DNA from: Myxococcota bacterium
GTDB taxonomy: Bacteria; Myxococcota_A; UBA9160; SZUA-336
Length of the DNA stretch: 64,000 bases
Assembly: GCA_965247115.1 (NCBI GenBank)
Contig: CBDFGR010000002.1
Coordinates: forward strand, 1,152,001 to 1,216,000
Direction: 5' to 3'
This document shows positions 18,766 to 28,043 of this stretch, in pieces; positions within the stretch are counted from its first letter, which is position 1; each line of letters opens with the position of its first letter. The notes under the pieces are model-generated. The model did not search any database. It worked only from the letters and a program-made list of their open reading frames with translations, and was not told the origin of the DNA. Position numbers and translations under genes: made by a program.

Positions 18766-21468
18766 GTGAGCCCCCCGACGCAAGCCAGGGAGTTCCTGCT
18801 CACCGGTGTCACCGGATTCCTGGGCAAGGTCGTGCTGTCCGAGCTGTTGCGCCGGCGCGAAGAGCTCGAGCTCGAGACCGTTCACGTCCTGATCCGACCG
18901 GGGCACGGGACCTCTGCAGAGCAGCGCTTTCAGCGCCGCGTCCTGAGCTCGGCCTGCTTTTCCGAGCTGCCCGTCGGCTGGCAGGACCACGTGCGGCCCG
19001 TGTCGGGCGACCTGTCGCTCGACAGCTGCGGGCTAACGGACGAGCGGCGCGCCGAGCTACTGCACCGCGTAACCCACGTCATCCACTGCGCGGCCTCCAT
19101 CGACTTCGATCTCCCGCTTGCCGAAGCGGCCGGGGCGAATATCACCAGCAGCTTGAACGTGCTCCAGCTCGCCAGAACCTGTGAGCGGCTGGAATCGATG
19201 CTTTCGGTGTCGACCGCCTACGTGACCCCGAGCACGCGAGGAGTGGGGACCGTACACGAGCGGCTGGCGCAGCTCCCGCGGCCCGCGGCGTCGATCTACG
19301 AGGACATCCTGAACGACAAGATCAGCCAGGAGGACCTGCTCGACGAGACCGACCAGCCGAACTGCTACACGCTCACCAAGTGTCTGGCGGAGCACCTGCT
19401 CTGGGAGCAGCGCGGGGACGTGCGGCTCACGATCGTTCGACCCAGCATCATCTCCGCCTGCTGGCGCTATCCGTTCGCGGGCTGGATCGACAGCCACGCT
19501 GCGTTCGCCGTCTTCGTGACGATGGTGGGCGCGGGTCAGCTGCGGGCCATCGTGGCCGAGCCGGCAGCGCGCATGGACATCGTGCCGTGCGACGAGGTGG
19601 CCACGCGCATCATCGATGGAAGCGTGTCGAATGGCGCGAGCGCGGAGCCCCGGATCATCCACGCCACAGCGGGCATCGAGAACTGCTCCCGCGTCGACAC
19701 GTGCCGCGACGTGATCACCGAATTCTTTGCACGCCAATGGATCGCGCGGCGGCCAAAGGTCACGTACCTCGGCCCGAAATGCCTGCAGTTCCGCCTGCGC
19801 GACTGGTTCCACCACCGGCTGCGCGCGGCGACGGCATGGCTCTGGTACGGGCTGACCGGGCAGCTGCACCTGCGACGCCGGGTCCGGAGCCTGGTGGAGC
19901 GCCTCGACTACCTGAACCGCGTGTTCCCGTACTTCACCCAGCGGACCTTCGACTTCCACTCCTCGGCGCCGCTGGACCGCGCGTCGTTTGACGCAACGGC
20001 TTATCTGCGGGCCGTATGTCGGGGCGTGAATCACCACCTGCTGCGGCGAGACGAGAGCGAGACGAGCTTTGCCGGCCGTCTCCACCAGGGCGTGCGCAGC
20101 GACCTGCGCTGGGTCGTCACACAGCCGCGGGGAAACTGGGTGGTGCGCGCTGCGGCGTACCTGGTCACAAAGGCGCTTCGAAGGTGCGCGGACCGCTTCA
20201 CCGTCGACCTGCCCGCCTTCGAGGCCGCTCGCACGGCGGCAGGCGACCGCCCGCTGGTGATCATTCCGTCGCACCGCAGCTACATGGACTTCGTGCTCTG
20301 CTCGTTCCTGTTCTTTGCGCGGCCCGATCTCGAGATCCCGATCCCCCGCATCGCCGCGACGGATGACTTCGCGCGCATCCCCGTACTGGGTCGGCTGTTC
20401 ACCAAGCTCGGGGCGTTCTACCTGACACGCGGGCTCGGGGCGGAAGACACCGAGCTCACGCGGAAGGTGCGTGCGCTCACCAGCAGCGGGGAAACGCTCC
20501 AGTTCTTCATCGAGGGCAGCCGCAGCCGCTCCAGGCAGTTTCTGCCGCCGCGGCGAGGCCTGCTGCGCTGCCTGCAGGGGACGGGTGACGCCCACGCGAT
20601 CCTGCCGGTAGCGTTCACCTACGACCACGTGCCCGAAGAGGCCGCCTTTGTGGAGGAGCTCGAGGGCGCTCCCAAGCCGAAGATGCGTCTGCGCCCTCTG
20701 CTCGGCTGGACGCTTCGCCTGTTCGGGAGAGGGATCGACCTGGGGCGTATCCACGTAAGCTGCGCCCAACCGGTCCTGATCGACAAGACGAGCGACGTGC
20801 ACTCGGTGAGTCGCCGCGTGATCGCCGCGCTGCGAAGCGAGACGGCGACCACGACGCATCAGCTGCGCTGCTTCCTCGCGCACAATCCGATCGAGGGTGT
20901 CGACCTGCCCTGGCTGCGGAACAGCGTCCTCGCGCGTGGGTCTCAGGTCCTCACGAGCGACCTCACGAACGAGGAGCAGGTCAGTCCCTTGATCGAGCGC
21001 TGCATGCGCTACGACTGGACGCACGTGTTCTACCCCGAACTCGTGCATGCGTTTCCCGAGCACCCCGTCGTGCGCTCTCACGTGCGAAGGAACGGCCCCG
21101 TCCCCGAACGGCCGGGTGACCCGCAGGTCGAGCCTGACTCGAGGCTCCGGCACCTGTTGCTCGAGCTTCTCGAGCCGCTGTGTCGCGACTACCTCACCGT
21201 CGTCGCCTCGCTCGGATCTCCTTCCGCCACGCCCGCGGTTCCCTCCGCACAGGAACTCGTGCGCCAGTCGCCAGACTCGCACCTGCCCTCGCTCGAGGAA
21301 GCCTTCGAAGACCTGGTGGAGCGCCAGATTCTCCGGCGCGACGCGGCTCTAGGCGAGGGCTACGTATGGGGATCGCGAGCGTCCGACCTCGCGGACTACA
21401 GGAAGGCGTGCGCCTGGCCCGGGCTCTCCGTGCAGGCGGCGGAAGGCTCGATCGCGCGGCAAGGCTAG
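18766..21468 (+). CDS. Fatty acyl-CoA reductase / DHAP-acyltransferase fusion (FAR-GNPAT, FARAT-like)
   Basis: N-terminal FAR: TGVTGFLGK, IHCAASIDF, VSTAYV, NCYTLTKCLAE, IVRPSII, DIVPCD. C-terminal acyltransferase: PSHRSYMD (HxxxxD), LGAFYLTRG, FFIEGSRSR. Confidence 0.88.
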   Translation: MSPPTQAREFLLTGVTGFLGKVVLSELLRRREELELETVHVLIRPGHGTSAEQRFQRRVLSSACFSELPVGWQDHVRPVSGDLSLDSCGLTDERRAELLHRVTHVIHCAASIDFDLPLAEAAGANITSSLNVLQLARTCERLESMLSVSTAYVTPSTRGVGTVHERLAQLPRPAASIYEDILNDKISQEDLLDETDQPNCYTLTKCLAEHLLWEQRGDVRLTIVRPSIISACWRYPFAGWIDSHAAFAVFVTMVGAGQLRAIVAEPAARMDIVPCDEVATRIIDGSVSNGASAEPRIIHATAGIENCSRVDTCRDVITEFFARQWIARRPKVTYLGPKCLQFRLRDWFHHRLRAATAWLWYGLTGQLHLRRRVRSLVERLDYLNRVFPYFTQRTFDFHSSAPLDRASFDATAYLRAVCRGVNHHLLRRDESETSFAGRLHQGVRSDLRWVVTQPRGNWVVRAAAYLVTKALRRCADRFTVDLPAFEAARTAAGDRPLVIIPSHRSYMDFVLCSFLFFARPDLEIPIPRIAATDDFARIPVLGRLFTKLGAFYLTRGLGAEDTELTRKVRALTSSGETLQFFIEGSRSRSRQFLPPRRGLLRCLQGTGDAHAILPVAFTYDHVPEEAAFVEELEGAPKPKMRLRPLLGWTLRLFGRGIDLGRIHVSCAQPVLIDKTSDVHSVSRRVIAALRSETATTTHQLRCFLAHNPIEGVDLPWLRNSVLARGSQVLTSDLTNEEQVSPLIERCMRYDWTHVFYPELVHAFPEHPVVRSHVRRNGPVPERPGDPQVEPDSRLRHLLLELLEPLCRDYLTVVASLGSPSATPAVPSAQELVRQSPDSHLPSLEEAFEDLVERQILRRDAALGEGYVWGSRASDLADYRKACAWPGLSVQAAEGSIARQG

Positions 21469-22493
21469 TGGACGGTCCCGTTCTCATCTCCGGAGCCAGC
21501 GGCTTTCTCGGCCGGCACTTGCTCGAGACGTACCAGGCGGGGGACGTGGGGACGTCAGTCCTCGCGCTGGTCCGCGATACCGAGGCGTGGCAACGGGAGG
21601 ACTGGACCGGAGCGCTCGGGGAGGTCGAGTGCATCGAGGGCTCCGTGACCGAGCCGGAGCGCTGGCTGGACGACGAGCGCTTGAAGGGGCTCTCGGGCAT
21701 CTATCACCTCGCGGCGGTGGTCAAGCACAGCCGCTGGCAGAGCGGCGACGTCTACGAGACCAACGTCGACGGAACTCTGAACATGGTACGCCTGGCAGCA
21801 GCCCAGGGCTGTCGCCTGGTGTTCCTGTCGACATCGGGCACCGTAGGCTGCTTTCGTTCTCCAGAGGAGTGTGCAGACGAGCGTTCCCCTCACTGCGAGT
21901 CCGAGGTGTCCTCGTGGCCGTATTACCACTCGAAGCTCGTCGCGGAGCGTCGGGCGCGCGGACTCGCAGAGGAGCTCGGCGTCGAGCTCGTGATTCTGCG
22001 ACCACCCGTCCTGCTCGGACCGAAAGACCACCGCCTGCGCTCGTCGTCGAACGTGCTGCGCTTCTTGCAGGGCAGGCTCCCGTTTCTGATCCGCGGCGGG
22101 ATTCATTTCGCCGACGTCCGAGACGTAGCCCGCGCCGTCCAAAACGCCATGACGTGTGCGCGCCCGCGCCCCGTCTATCATCTATGCGGAACGGCTTGCA
22201 GCATCGAGTCCTTCTTCGCGCAGCTAGAAGAGATCGCCGGCGCCCCGGCACCGCACATCGTCCTGCCCTTCCGCCCGGCCTGGTTGCTCGCGTCGGCAAC
22301 GCAGCGCCTCGGCGTGCTGCTGCGGGGAGAGCCCCTGACACTCTTGCCAGATCCCGTCGTGGTGGAGATGGCGTCGCGCTACTGGGACACGCGCTCCCTC
22401 TACGCGGCAAAAGACCTGGCCTACAGCTCGCGAGACGCGCGGGAGACCCTCGCCGACACGGTGAGCTGGCTGCGGGAGGCGGGAGCCGCCTAG
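21468..22493 (+). CDS. NAD(P)-dependent epimerase/reductase (extended SDR); candidate acyl/alkyl-DHAP reductase
   Basis: ISGASGFLG, YHLAA, YYHSK (YxxxK), LRPPVLLGP, DVRDVA; TAGTG coupling to FAR-GNPAT. Confidence 0.85.
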   Translation: MDGPVLISGASGFLGRHLLETYQAGDVGTSVLALVRDTEAWQREDWTGALGEVECIEGSVTEPERWLDDERLKGLSGIYHLAAVVKHSRWQSGDVYETNVDGTLNMVRLAAAQGCRLVFLSTSGTVGCFRSPEECADERSPHCESEVSSWPYYHSKLVAERRARGLAEELGVELVILRPPVLLGPKDHRLRSSSNVLRFLQGRLPFLIRGGIHFADVRDVARAVQNAMTCARPRPVYHLCGTACSIESFFAQLEEIAGAPAPHIVLPFRPAWLLASATQRLGVLLRGEPLTLLPDPVVVEMASRYWDTRSLYAAKDLAYSSRDARETLADTVSWLREAGAA

Positions 22494-22494
22494 C

Positions 22495-23298
22495 TCAGTC
22501 GCCGGGTATGAGCGCGATCGCGCGCAGGGGACCGCCGCTGCCGCCGCGGATCTTCATGGGTAACGCCACGACGATGAAGCCCCCGCTGGGCAGCTCTTGC
22601 AGCCCAGCGAGATTCTCGAAGATCGGAACGTCGCTCGCGGACAGGATCTGATGGCTTTCGAAGCGGCTGGACTGCCCCGCGTCAATGCTCGCGGTGTCCA
22701 GCCCAATCGCCTTGATCGCGCGCTTCTGCGTGAGCCAGCGCGCCGCAGCGGGATCGAGGCCAGGAAAGTGGAGCAGCGGCACCGCTTCGGGCCCGCCGGC
22801 AGCGGTGCCGAGGTAGCGTAGGCGGTTCCCCCAATGCTCTCCGTACCCCGTTCGAAGCAGCACGATCGACCCATCGGCGATCCTCCCGTGGACCGCCTCC
22901 CATGCCTGCAGATCCGAGACCGCGATCCGATAGTCGGGATCGGCCGCGCACGGCGCGGACATGTCGACCACGATGCCGTCACCGATCAGGCGCTCGAGCG
23001 GAATCTCGTCGACCGAGGTGTGACCCTCGGCGAAGTGGATCGGGGCATCGAGATGCGTCCCGCCGTGCTCCGCCGCCCGGAAGCGGTTCGCGGAGTAGTA
23101 GTAGCCCTGCTCGGTCAGACCAGCCGCAACTACCTCGAGCACGAAGCCCTCGGTGTCGGTCGGCCAGAAGATCGTGTCGGCATCGTAGGCGTGGCTCAGG
23201 TCCACGATCGTTGCGCTCGTTAGGTCGCCGCGCGGCTCACACGCGGCAATCGACGCGCACACGAGAAGCAGCGCACCGGTTCGCAAGGACAGGCGCAT
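22495..23298 (-). CDS. Cyclase family (kynurenine formamidase-like) lipoprotein
   Basis: HGGTHLDAPIH, LLRTG, GLDTASID, ENL..L, ALPMKIRGGSGGPLRAIA; lipobox IAAC. Confidence 0.9.
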   Translation of the reverse strand: MRLSLRTGALLLVCASIAACEPRGDLTSATIVDLSHAYDADTIFWPTDTEGFVLEVVAAGLTEQGYYYSANRFRAAEHGGTHLDAPIHFAEGHTSVDEIPLERLIGDGIVVDMSAPCAADPDYRIAVSDLQAWEAVHGRIADGSIVLLRTGYGEHWGNRLRYLGTAAGGPEAVPLLHFPGLDPAAARWLTQKRAIKAIGLDTASIDAGQSSRFESHQILSASDVPIFENLAGLQELPSGGFIVVALPMKIRGGSGGPLRAIALIPGD

Positions 23299-23477
23299 GG
23301 GATCTCCTTACAGGTCGGAATCCCGCCAGGCTATCAGAGCGGCCGCCAACCCGGCCCGATCACGGCATGATACGGTTGGGCGTTGCGGCCCAAGCGGACT
23401 TCCGGACCATCATCGTCCGAATACTCGGTGTTTCGTTAGGCTCCACCTCGACGAGAGCTGGAGAAGGAGACCATCGC

Positions 23478-24554
23478 ATGCTCGACCGCTTCCGTGTTCC
23501 CGACGAGATCGCCGTTCGTGTCGACGCGGACGACATGCGCGCGACGGTCGAGCGGATGTTCGAGAGCCTGGGTTCGCCGCCGGACGACGCGGTACGCTGC
23601 GCGAATGCGCTGCTCTACGCCGATCTGCGTGGCATCGACTCTCACGGCGTGAGCAACATGATGCCCATCTACGTGACGGGCGTGAAGGAGGGCTGGATCA
23701 ATCTCGCCCCTACCTGGAGGGTCGTTCGGGACGCTCCCGCGGTGGCGACGATCGACAGCGACAAGGGCCTCGGACTCACCGTGGGGCCGCAGGCCATGGA
23801 GCTGGCCATGGACAAGGCCGAGGCCTGCGGTGTCGGCGCGGTCGCGGTCACGAACGGCCAGCACCTGGGCGCGGCCGCGTACCACGCGCACATGGCGCTC
23901 GAGCGCGACATGATCGGCGTCGCCATGACCGTGGGGGGGCTCCAGGTCGCCCCGACCTTCGGGGCCAGGGCCATGGTCGGCCTCAACCCGATCGCCATCG
24001 CCGCTCCCGCGCGCAACGAGGCCCCGTTTCTCTTCGACGCCTCCATGAGCTCTGTCGCGGGGAACAAGATCCGGATCGCACGGCGCCTGGGGGCTCCGGT
24101 GGCGCCCGGCTGGATCGCGGAGGCAGACGGAACGCCAATCATGGAAGAGGTCCCGGTTCCCGAGGAGTTCCTGATGCTACCGCTCGGGGGGACGCGCGAG
24201 ATCGGGTCGCACAAGGGCTACAGCCTGGCTGTGGTCGTCGACATCCTCTCGGGGCTGCTCTCGGGCACAGGCCCGGGCTTCTTGCATCAGCAGGGCCACT
24301 CCCACCACTTCCTCGCGTATCGGATCGACGCGTTCACGGAGCTCGACTCCTTCAAGAACGACATGGACGTCTTCATGAAAGCTCTGCGCGAGACCCCGCC
24401 CGCGCCGGGGCACGAGCGCGTGGTCTACGCCGGCCTCCAGGCGCACGAAGCGGAGCTGGAACGCAGAGCGCAGGGCATCCCCTATCATCCGGAGGTTGTC
24501 GAGTGGTTCAAGAAGACGGCGGCAGAGCTGGGTGTTCGCCACGAGCTCGGCTGA
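23478..24554 (+). CDS. Ldh_2 family (malate/L-lactate/ureidoglycolate-type) oxidoreductase
   Basis: ADLRGIDSHG, HLGAAAY, NPIAIAAP, LPLGG...SHKGYSL; AGGAG RBS. Confidence 0.9.
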   Translation: MLDRFRVPDEIAVRVDADDMRATVERMFESLGSPPDDAVRCANALLYADLRGIDSHGVSNMMPIYVTGVKEGWINLAPTWRVVRDAPAVATIDSDKGLGLTVGPQAMELAMDKAEACGVGAVAVTNGQHLGAAAYHAHMALERDMIGVAMTVGGLQVAPTFGARAMVGLNPIAIAAPARNEAPFLFDASMSSVAGNKIRIARRLGAPVAPGWIAEADGTPIMEEVPVPEEFLMLPLGGTREIGSHKGYSLAVVVDILSGLLSGTGPGFLHQQGHSHHFLAYRIDAFTELDSFKNDMDVFMKALRETPPAPGHERVVYAGLQAHEAELERRAQGIPYHPEVVEWFKKTAAELGVRHELG

Positions 24555-24562
24555 GGAGAAGG

Positions 24563-25552
24563 ATGTCCCGAGCTGCGTCCCCGTTCCCAAAGGTCTGCAT
24601 CGCGTTGCCCCTGGCTGATCACCTGAACGAGAAGATCGATTCTCTCTGCAAGGCGAGTCGGATCGAGATACGCGCGCCTCGGGGCGAGCTCCTCGCCAAG
24701 CTGTCCGATGTGGAAGGCGTGCTCCTCAGCAACGGCGTCCGCGTCGACGCCGAGTTCTTCGACGCAGCTCCCGCTCTACGCGTGGTGGCCGGCGTTGGCG
24801 TCGGCTACAACAACTTCGACATCGCAGAGGGCACGAAGCGGGGCGTGGCCGTCTGCAACACACCCGACGTGCTCACGCCAGCTGTCGCCGACCTCACCGT
24901 CGGTCTCATCCTCTCGCTCTCGAAGCGCCTCTTCGAGAACGAAGCCCACGCCCGCAGCGGCGCATGGGCCGCACGCAAGCCGCTCCCACCGCTGGGCTTC
25001 GACGTCAAGGGCAAGACCCTGGGCATCGTCGGGTTTGGCCGCATCGGGACCGAGGTCACGCGTCGCATGAAGGTGTTCGGCATGCGGACCATCTGGAACG
25101 ACGTGTTCACAGAGTCGCCCGCGGGTGCACCGGAGAGCAGCTACCGGCCGCTCGACGACCTGCTGCGCGAGGCGGACATCGTCTCGCTGCACACGGACCT
25201 CAACGCGACCTCTCACCACCTGATCGGCGAGCGCGAGCTCGGGCTGATGAAGCCAAGCGCCTACCTGATCAATACGTCTCGCGGACCCGTGGTCGACCAG
25301 CCAGCGCTCACGGCGGCGCTGAGCAGCTCCGCCATCGCGGGCGCGGCCCTCGACGTGCTCGAGAAGGAGCCGCCGGATGCGCAGGAACCGATCGTGACGC
25401 TGCCCAACGTTCTCACGTTCCCACACATCGGGACCGCGACGACCGAGACGCGCCACGCAATGGCGGAGCTCGCCGTGGAGAATCTGCTCGCGGTCGTGCG
25501 CGGGGAAACCCCGCGGGCGTGTATCAATCCCGAGGTGCTCGAGAAGCGATAG
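24563..25552 (+). CDS. D-isomer-specific 2-hydroxyacid dehydrogenase (glyoxylate/hydroxypyruvate reductase-like)
   Basis: GVGYNNFD, NTPDVLT, GIVGFGRIG, INTSRGPVVD, LDVLEKEP, PHIG. Confidence 0.92.
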   Translation: MSRAASPFPKVCIALPLADHLNEKIDSLCKASRIEIRAPRGELLAKLSDVEGVLLSNGVRVDAEFFDAAPALRVVAGVGVGYNNFDIAEGTKRGVAVCNTPDVLTPAVADLTVGLILSLSKRLFENEAHARSGAWAARKPLPPLGFDVKGKTLGIVGFGRIGTEVTRRMKVFGMRTIWNDVFTESPAGAPESSYRPLDDLLREADIVSLHTDLNATSHHLIGERELGLMKPSAYLINTSRGPVVDQPALTAALSSSAIAGAALDVLEKEPPDAQEPIVTLPNVLTFPHIGTATTETRHAMAELAVENLLAVVRGETPRACINPEVLEKR

Positions 25553-25561
25553 GTCCGGGGG

Positions 25562-26656
25562 CTACGCTCCCGCGATGAAACGCTCCGTGGCCTGGCACGC
25601 CTCGTCGTCGGTGGCCTGGTTGGGCGGATGCTTCATGAAGTACGACGATGGACCGTGCACGACCCCGCCCTGCCCTCGCTCTAGCGCAAGCTTGCAGCAG
25701 CGGATGGCGTCGACAGCCACTCCTGCCGAGTTCGGCGAGTCCTCGACCGAGAGCCTGAGCTCCAGGTTCATGGGCACGTCACCGAACAGCTTGCCCTCCA
25801 TACGCAGGAAGCAGACCTTGTTGTCGTTCTGCCAGGCCACGTAGTCGCTCGGACCCACGTGGATGTGCCGGTTGTCGATCCGTTCTGCCGCGACGGACTG
25901 CACCGCCTCGGTCTTGGAGATCTTCTTCGAGACCAGCCGGCGATGGTTCAGCATGTTCAGGAAGTCGGTGTTCCCGCCCGTGTTGAGCTGATAGGTGTTC
26001 TCGAGCTTCACGCCTCGCTTGGCGAACAGGTCGGTGAGCGTACGGTGCACGATCGTCGCGCCGAGCTGCGCCTTGATGTCATCGCCGATGATCGGGAGGT
26101 TCATCTGTTCGAAACGGCGCGCCCACTCGGGATCGCTCGCAATGAAGACGGGCATGCAGTTGACGAGCGCGACTCCCGCCTCGAGGGCGCACTCCGCGTA
26201 GAAGCGGGCGGCCCTCTCCGAACCGACGGGCAGGTAGTTCAGCAGGACCTCCGCCCGCGAGTCCCTGAGCACATGGACGACTTCGAGCTTGTCGGCCTCC
26301 ATCGCGTCCGAAAGGAGGAAGGTCCGCTCGTCCGGGTACGAGCCCATGTGCTCCGAGTAGCCGTCGAGGATCCTCCCCATCCGCACCGGAACGCCCGCCT
26401 TGGGGACGTCGGAACAGAACACGGTCGTGCAGTTGGGCTCCGCGAAGATCGCCTCGGCCACGTCTCTTCCGACCTTGCGCCGATCGATATCGAAGGCCGC
26501 AACGACATCGATGTCGCTCGGGCCATAGCCGCCGATCCATGGATGCATCAGCCCGACGGCGGCTCCTGGATCCGTGTTCTTGTAGGACTCGATTCCCTGA
26601 ACGAGCGAGCTGGCGCAGTTCCCGATCCCGACCAGAGCGATTCTGATCTTGTTCAT
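25562..26656 (-). CDS. ino1: myo-inositol-1-phosphate (inositol-3-phosphate) synthase
   Basis: GIGNCASSLVQG, NYLPVGS, GDDIKAQLGAT, YQLNTGGNTDFLNM, SKKISKTEAV, GPSDYV, EDSPNSAG. Confidence 0.95.
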   Translation of the reverse strand: MNKIRIALVGIGNCASSLVQGIESYKNTDPGAAVGLMHPWIGGYGPSDIDVVAAFDIDRRKVGRDVAEAIFAEPNCTTVFCSDVPKAGVPVRMGRILDGYSEHMGSYPDERTFLLSDAMEADKLEVVHVLRDSRAEVLLNYLPVGSERAARFYAECALEAGVALVNCMPVFIASDPEWARRFEQMNLPIIGDDIKAQLGATIVHRTLTDLFAKRGVKLENTYQLNTGGNTDFLNMLNHRRLVSKKISKTEAVQSVAAERIDNRHIHVGPSDYVAWQNDNKVCFLRMEGKLFGDVPMNLELRLSVEDSPNSAGVAVDAIRCCKLALERGQGGVVHGPSSYFMKHPPNQATDDEACQATERFIAGA

Positions 26657-26809
26657 TTCCGTTTCATGGTGAGAGAGCAATCAGACGCAGCGGGACCTGC
26701 CAACCATCCGGATTAGCTCTCGAACACTCTCATCCGACAGGCCTTCCCGTCAACCCCGGGAGGGCGCGGGCTTGCACTGCCACTGGAATCTATAAGGACG
26801 AACGACGGA

Positions 26810-27625
26810 TCAGGGCTGCGGGACGGGGATCCCCAGTGCAAGCGCCAGCTCGCGCAGCTTGGTCTGGACCATGCGCACATTTCTGGGGCCCATGCGCAGG
26901 AAGTGGCGCTGGGCCGCGTCGAGTCCCTCCAGCTCGGGGTCGCTCCACTCGTAGGTCACGACCCCCCGACTCACGGGGACTCTGCCCCGGACGACCGGGA
27001 CTTCCAGCAAGCGCTCGACCGCCAGCGCGAGAGCCCCGTCGAAGTCGTCGTCGTAGCCGAGATCCCGATATGCCTCCACGATGAGCGGATGCACAGTCCT
27101 GTACAGCTGCACGGTCCCGCGCTCGTCGAGCGATGCAAAGACGTCCGCCTGCAGATCGTACCGAGAGTAGCTCTGCGGAGCAACGTAGAGCCCGGCCTCC
27201 GTCTCCCCAACCGCGAAACGCTCGTCCGGAGCCAGAAAGTCGAGGTGGGCGGAGGGGCTTTCTCCCAGGGAGATGTTGGCAACGACCGCCGCGAACCTGC
27301 GGATCAGCTCATCCGTCACGAGCCAGCGCGAGAGCTGCGGGTTGGCCGAGATGCCGCTCACGAGGCCCCGTACGAAGGGATCACTCTCGGCGATGGGCGG
27401 CAGCGGCACCTCAGGGGCTGGCAGCCGCTCGGGCGGGGCTGCGCTCACCAGCGGCGGCGTCGGGTCCCGTGGAACGGCAGCGCTCGGAGCGGGCGACGGA
27501 ACCGGGGCGGGGCGCCACGCATAGAGGTAGACGAAGACGGCTGCCACGAGAACCGCGGCTGCGAGGGCCACCGCTCCAACCCACCGGCGCAGTACCGGTC
27601 GCCTCGTAGAGCCGCGGTTCTGCAT
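26810..27625 (-). CDS. DUF3014 domain membrane-anchored protein
   Basis: N-terminal TM plus Pro-rich linker; LPPIAESDPFVR, SYSRYD, EAYRDLGY, DPELEGL.AAQRHFLRMGPRN. Confidence 0.85.
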   Translation of the reverse strand: MQNRGSTRRPVLRRWVGAVALAAAVLVAAVFVYLYAWRPAPVPSPAPSAAVPRDPTPPLVSAAPPERLPAPEVPLPPIAESDPFVRGLVSGISANPQLSRWLVTDELIRRFAAVVANISLGESPSAHLDFLAPDERFAVGETEAGLYVAPQSYSRYDLQADVFASLDERGTVQLYRTVHPLIVEAYRDLGYDDDFDGALALAVERLLEVPVVRGRVPVSRGVVTYEWSDPELEGLDAAQRHFLRMGPRNVRMVQTKLRELALALGIPVPQP

Positions 27626-27724
27626 ACAAAGAACCATAGCATGGACCGCTGCCAGGAAAGAGGCGGCTTTTCGCGTTCCTGCCGATGCCGTAGGCTGTCA
27701 CGCTCATACAAGGAGTGCTGCGTC

Positions 27725-28027
27725 GTGTACATCGCGATGAATCGGTTCCGCATCCACGCCGGTCATGAGGACGACTTCGAGAAGATCTGGTCGGAGCGGG
27801 ATTCCTACCTGGACGAGGTGCCCGGCTTCCGTACGTTCCAGCTGCTGCGCGGTGAGACGGTGGACGAGATCACGACCTACGTCTCGCACTCCGTCTGGGA
27901 GTCCCGCGAGAGCTTCCAGGACTGGACTCGCTCCGAGTCCTTCCGGAAGTCGCACGCCCGCGCTCAGTCCCCAGCGGGCACACTCGAAGGCCACCCGAAG
28001 TTCGAGGGCTACGAGACCGTCATCTGA
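27725..28027 (+). CDS. Antibiotic biosynthesis monooxygenase (HmoA/IsdG-like heme-degrading)
   Basis: AAGGAG RBS, GTG; MYIAMNRF..FE..W..RDSYL..VPGF, SHSVWES...F..WT.SE.F.K.H, GHP.FEG. Confidence 0.85.
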   Translation: MYIAMNRFRIHAGHEDDFEKIWSERDSYLDEVPGFRTFQLLRGETVDEITTYVSHSVWESRESFQDWTRSESFRKSHARAQSPAGTLEGHPKFEGYETVI

Positions 28028-28043
28028 CAGGGAGGGATCAGCC

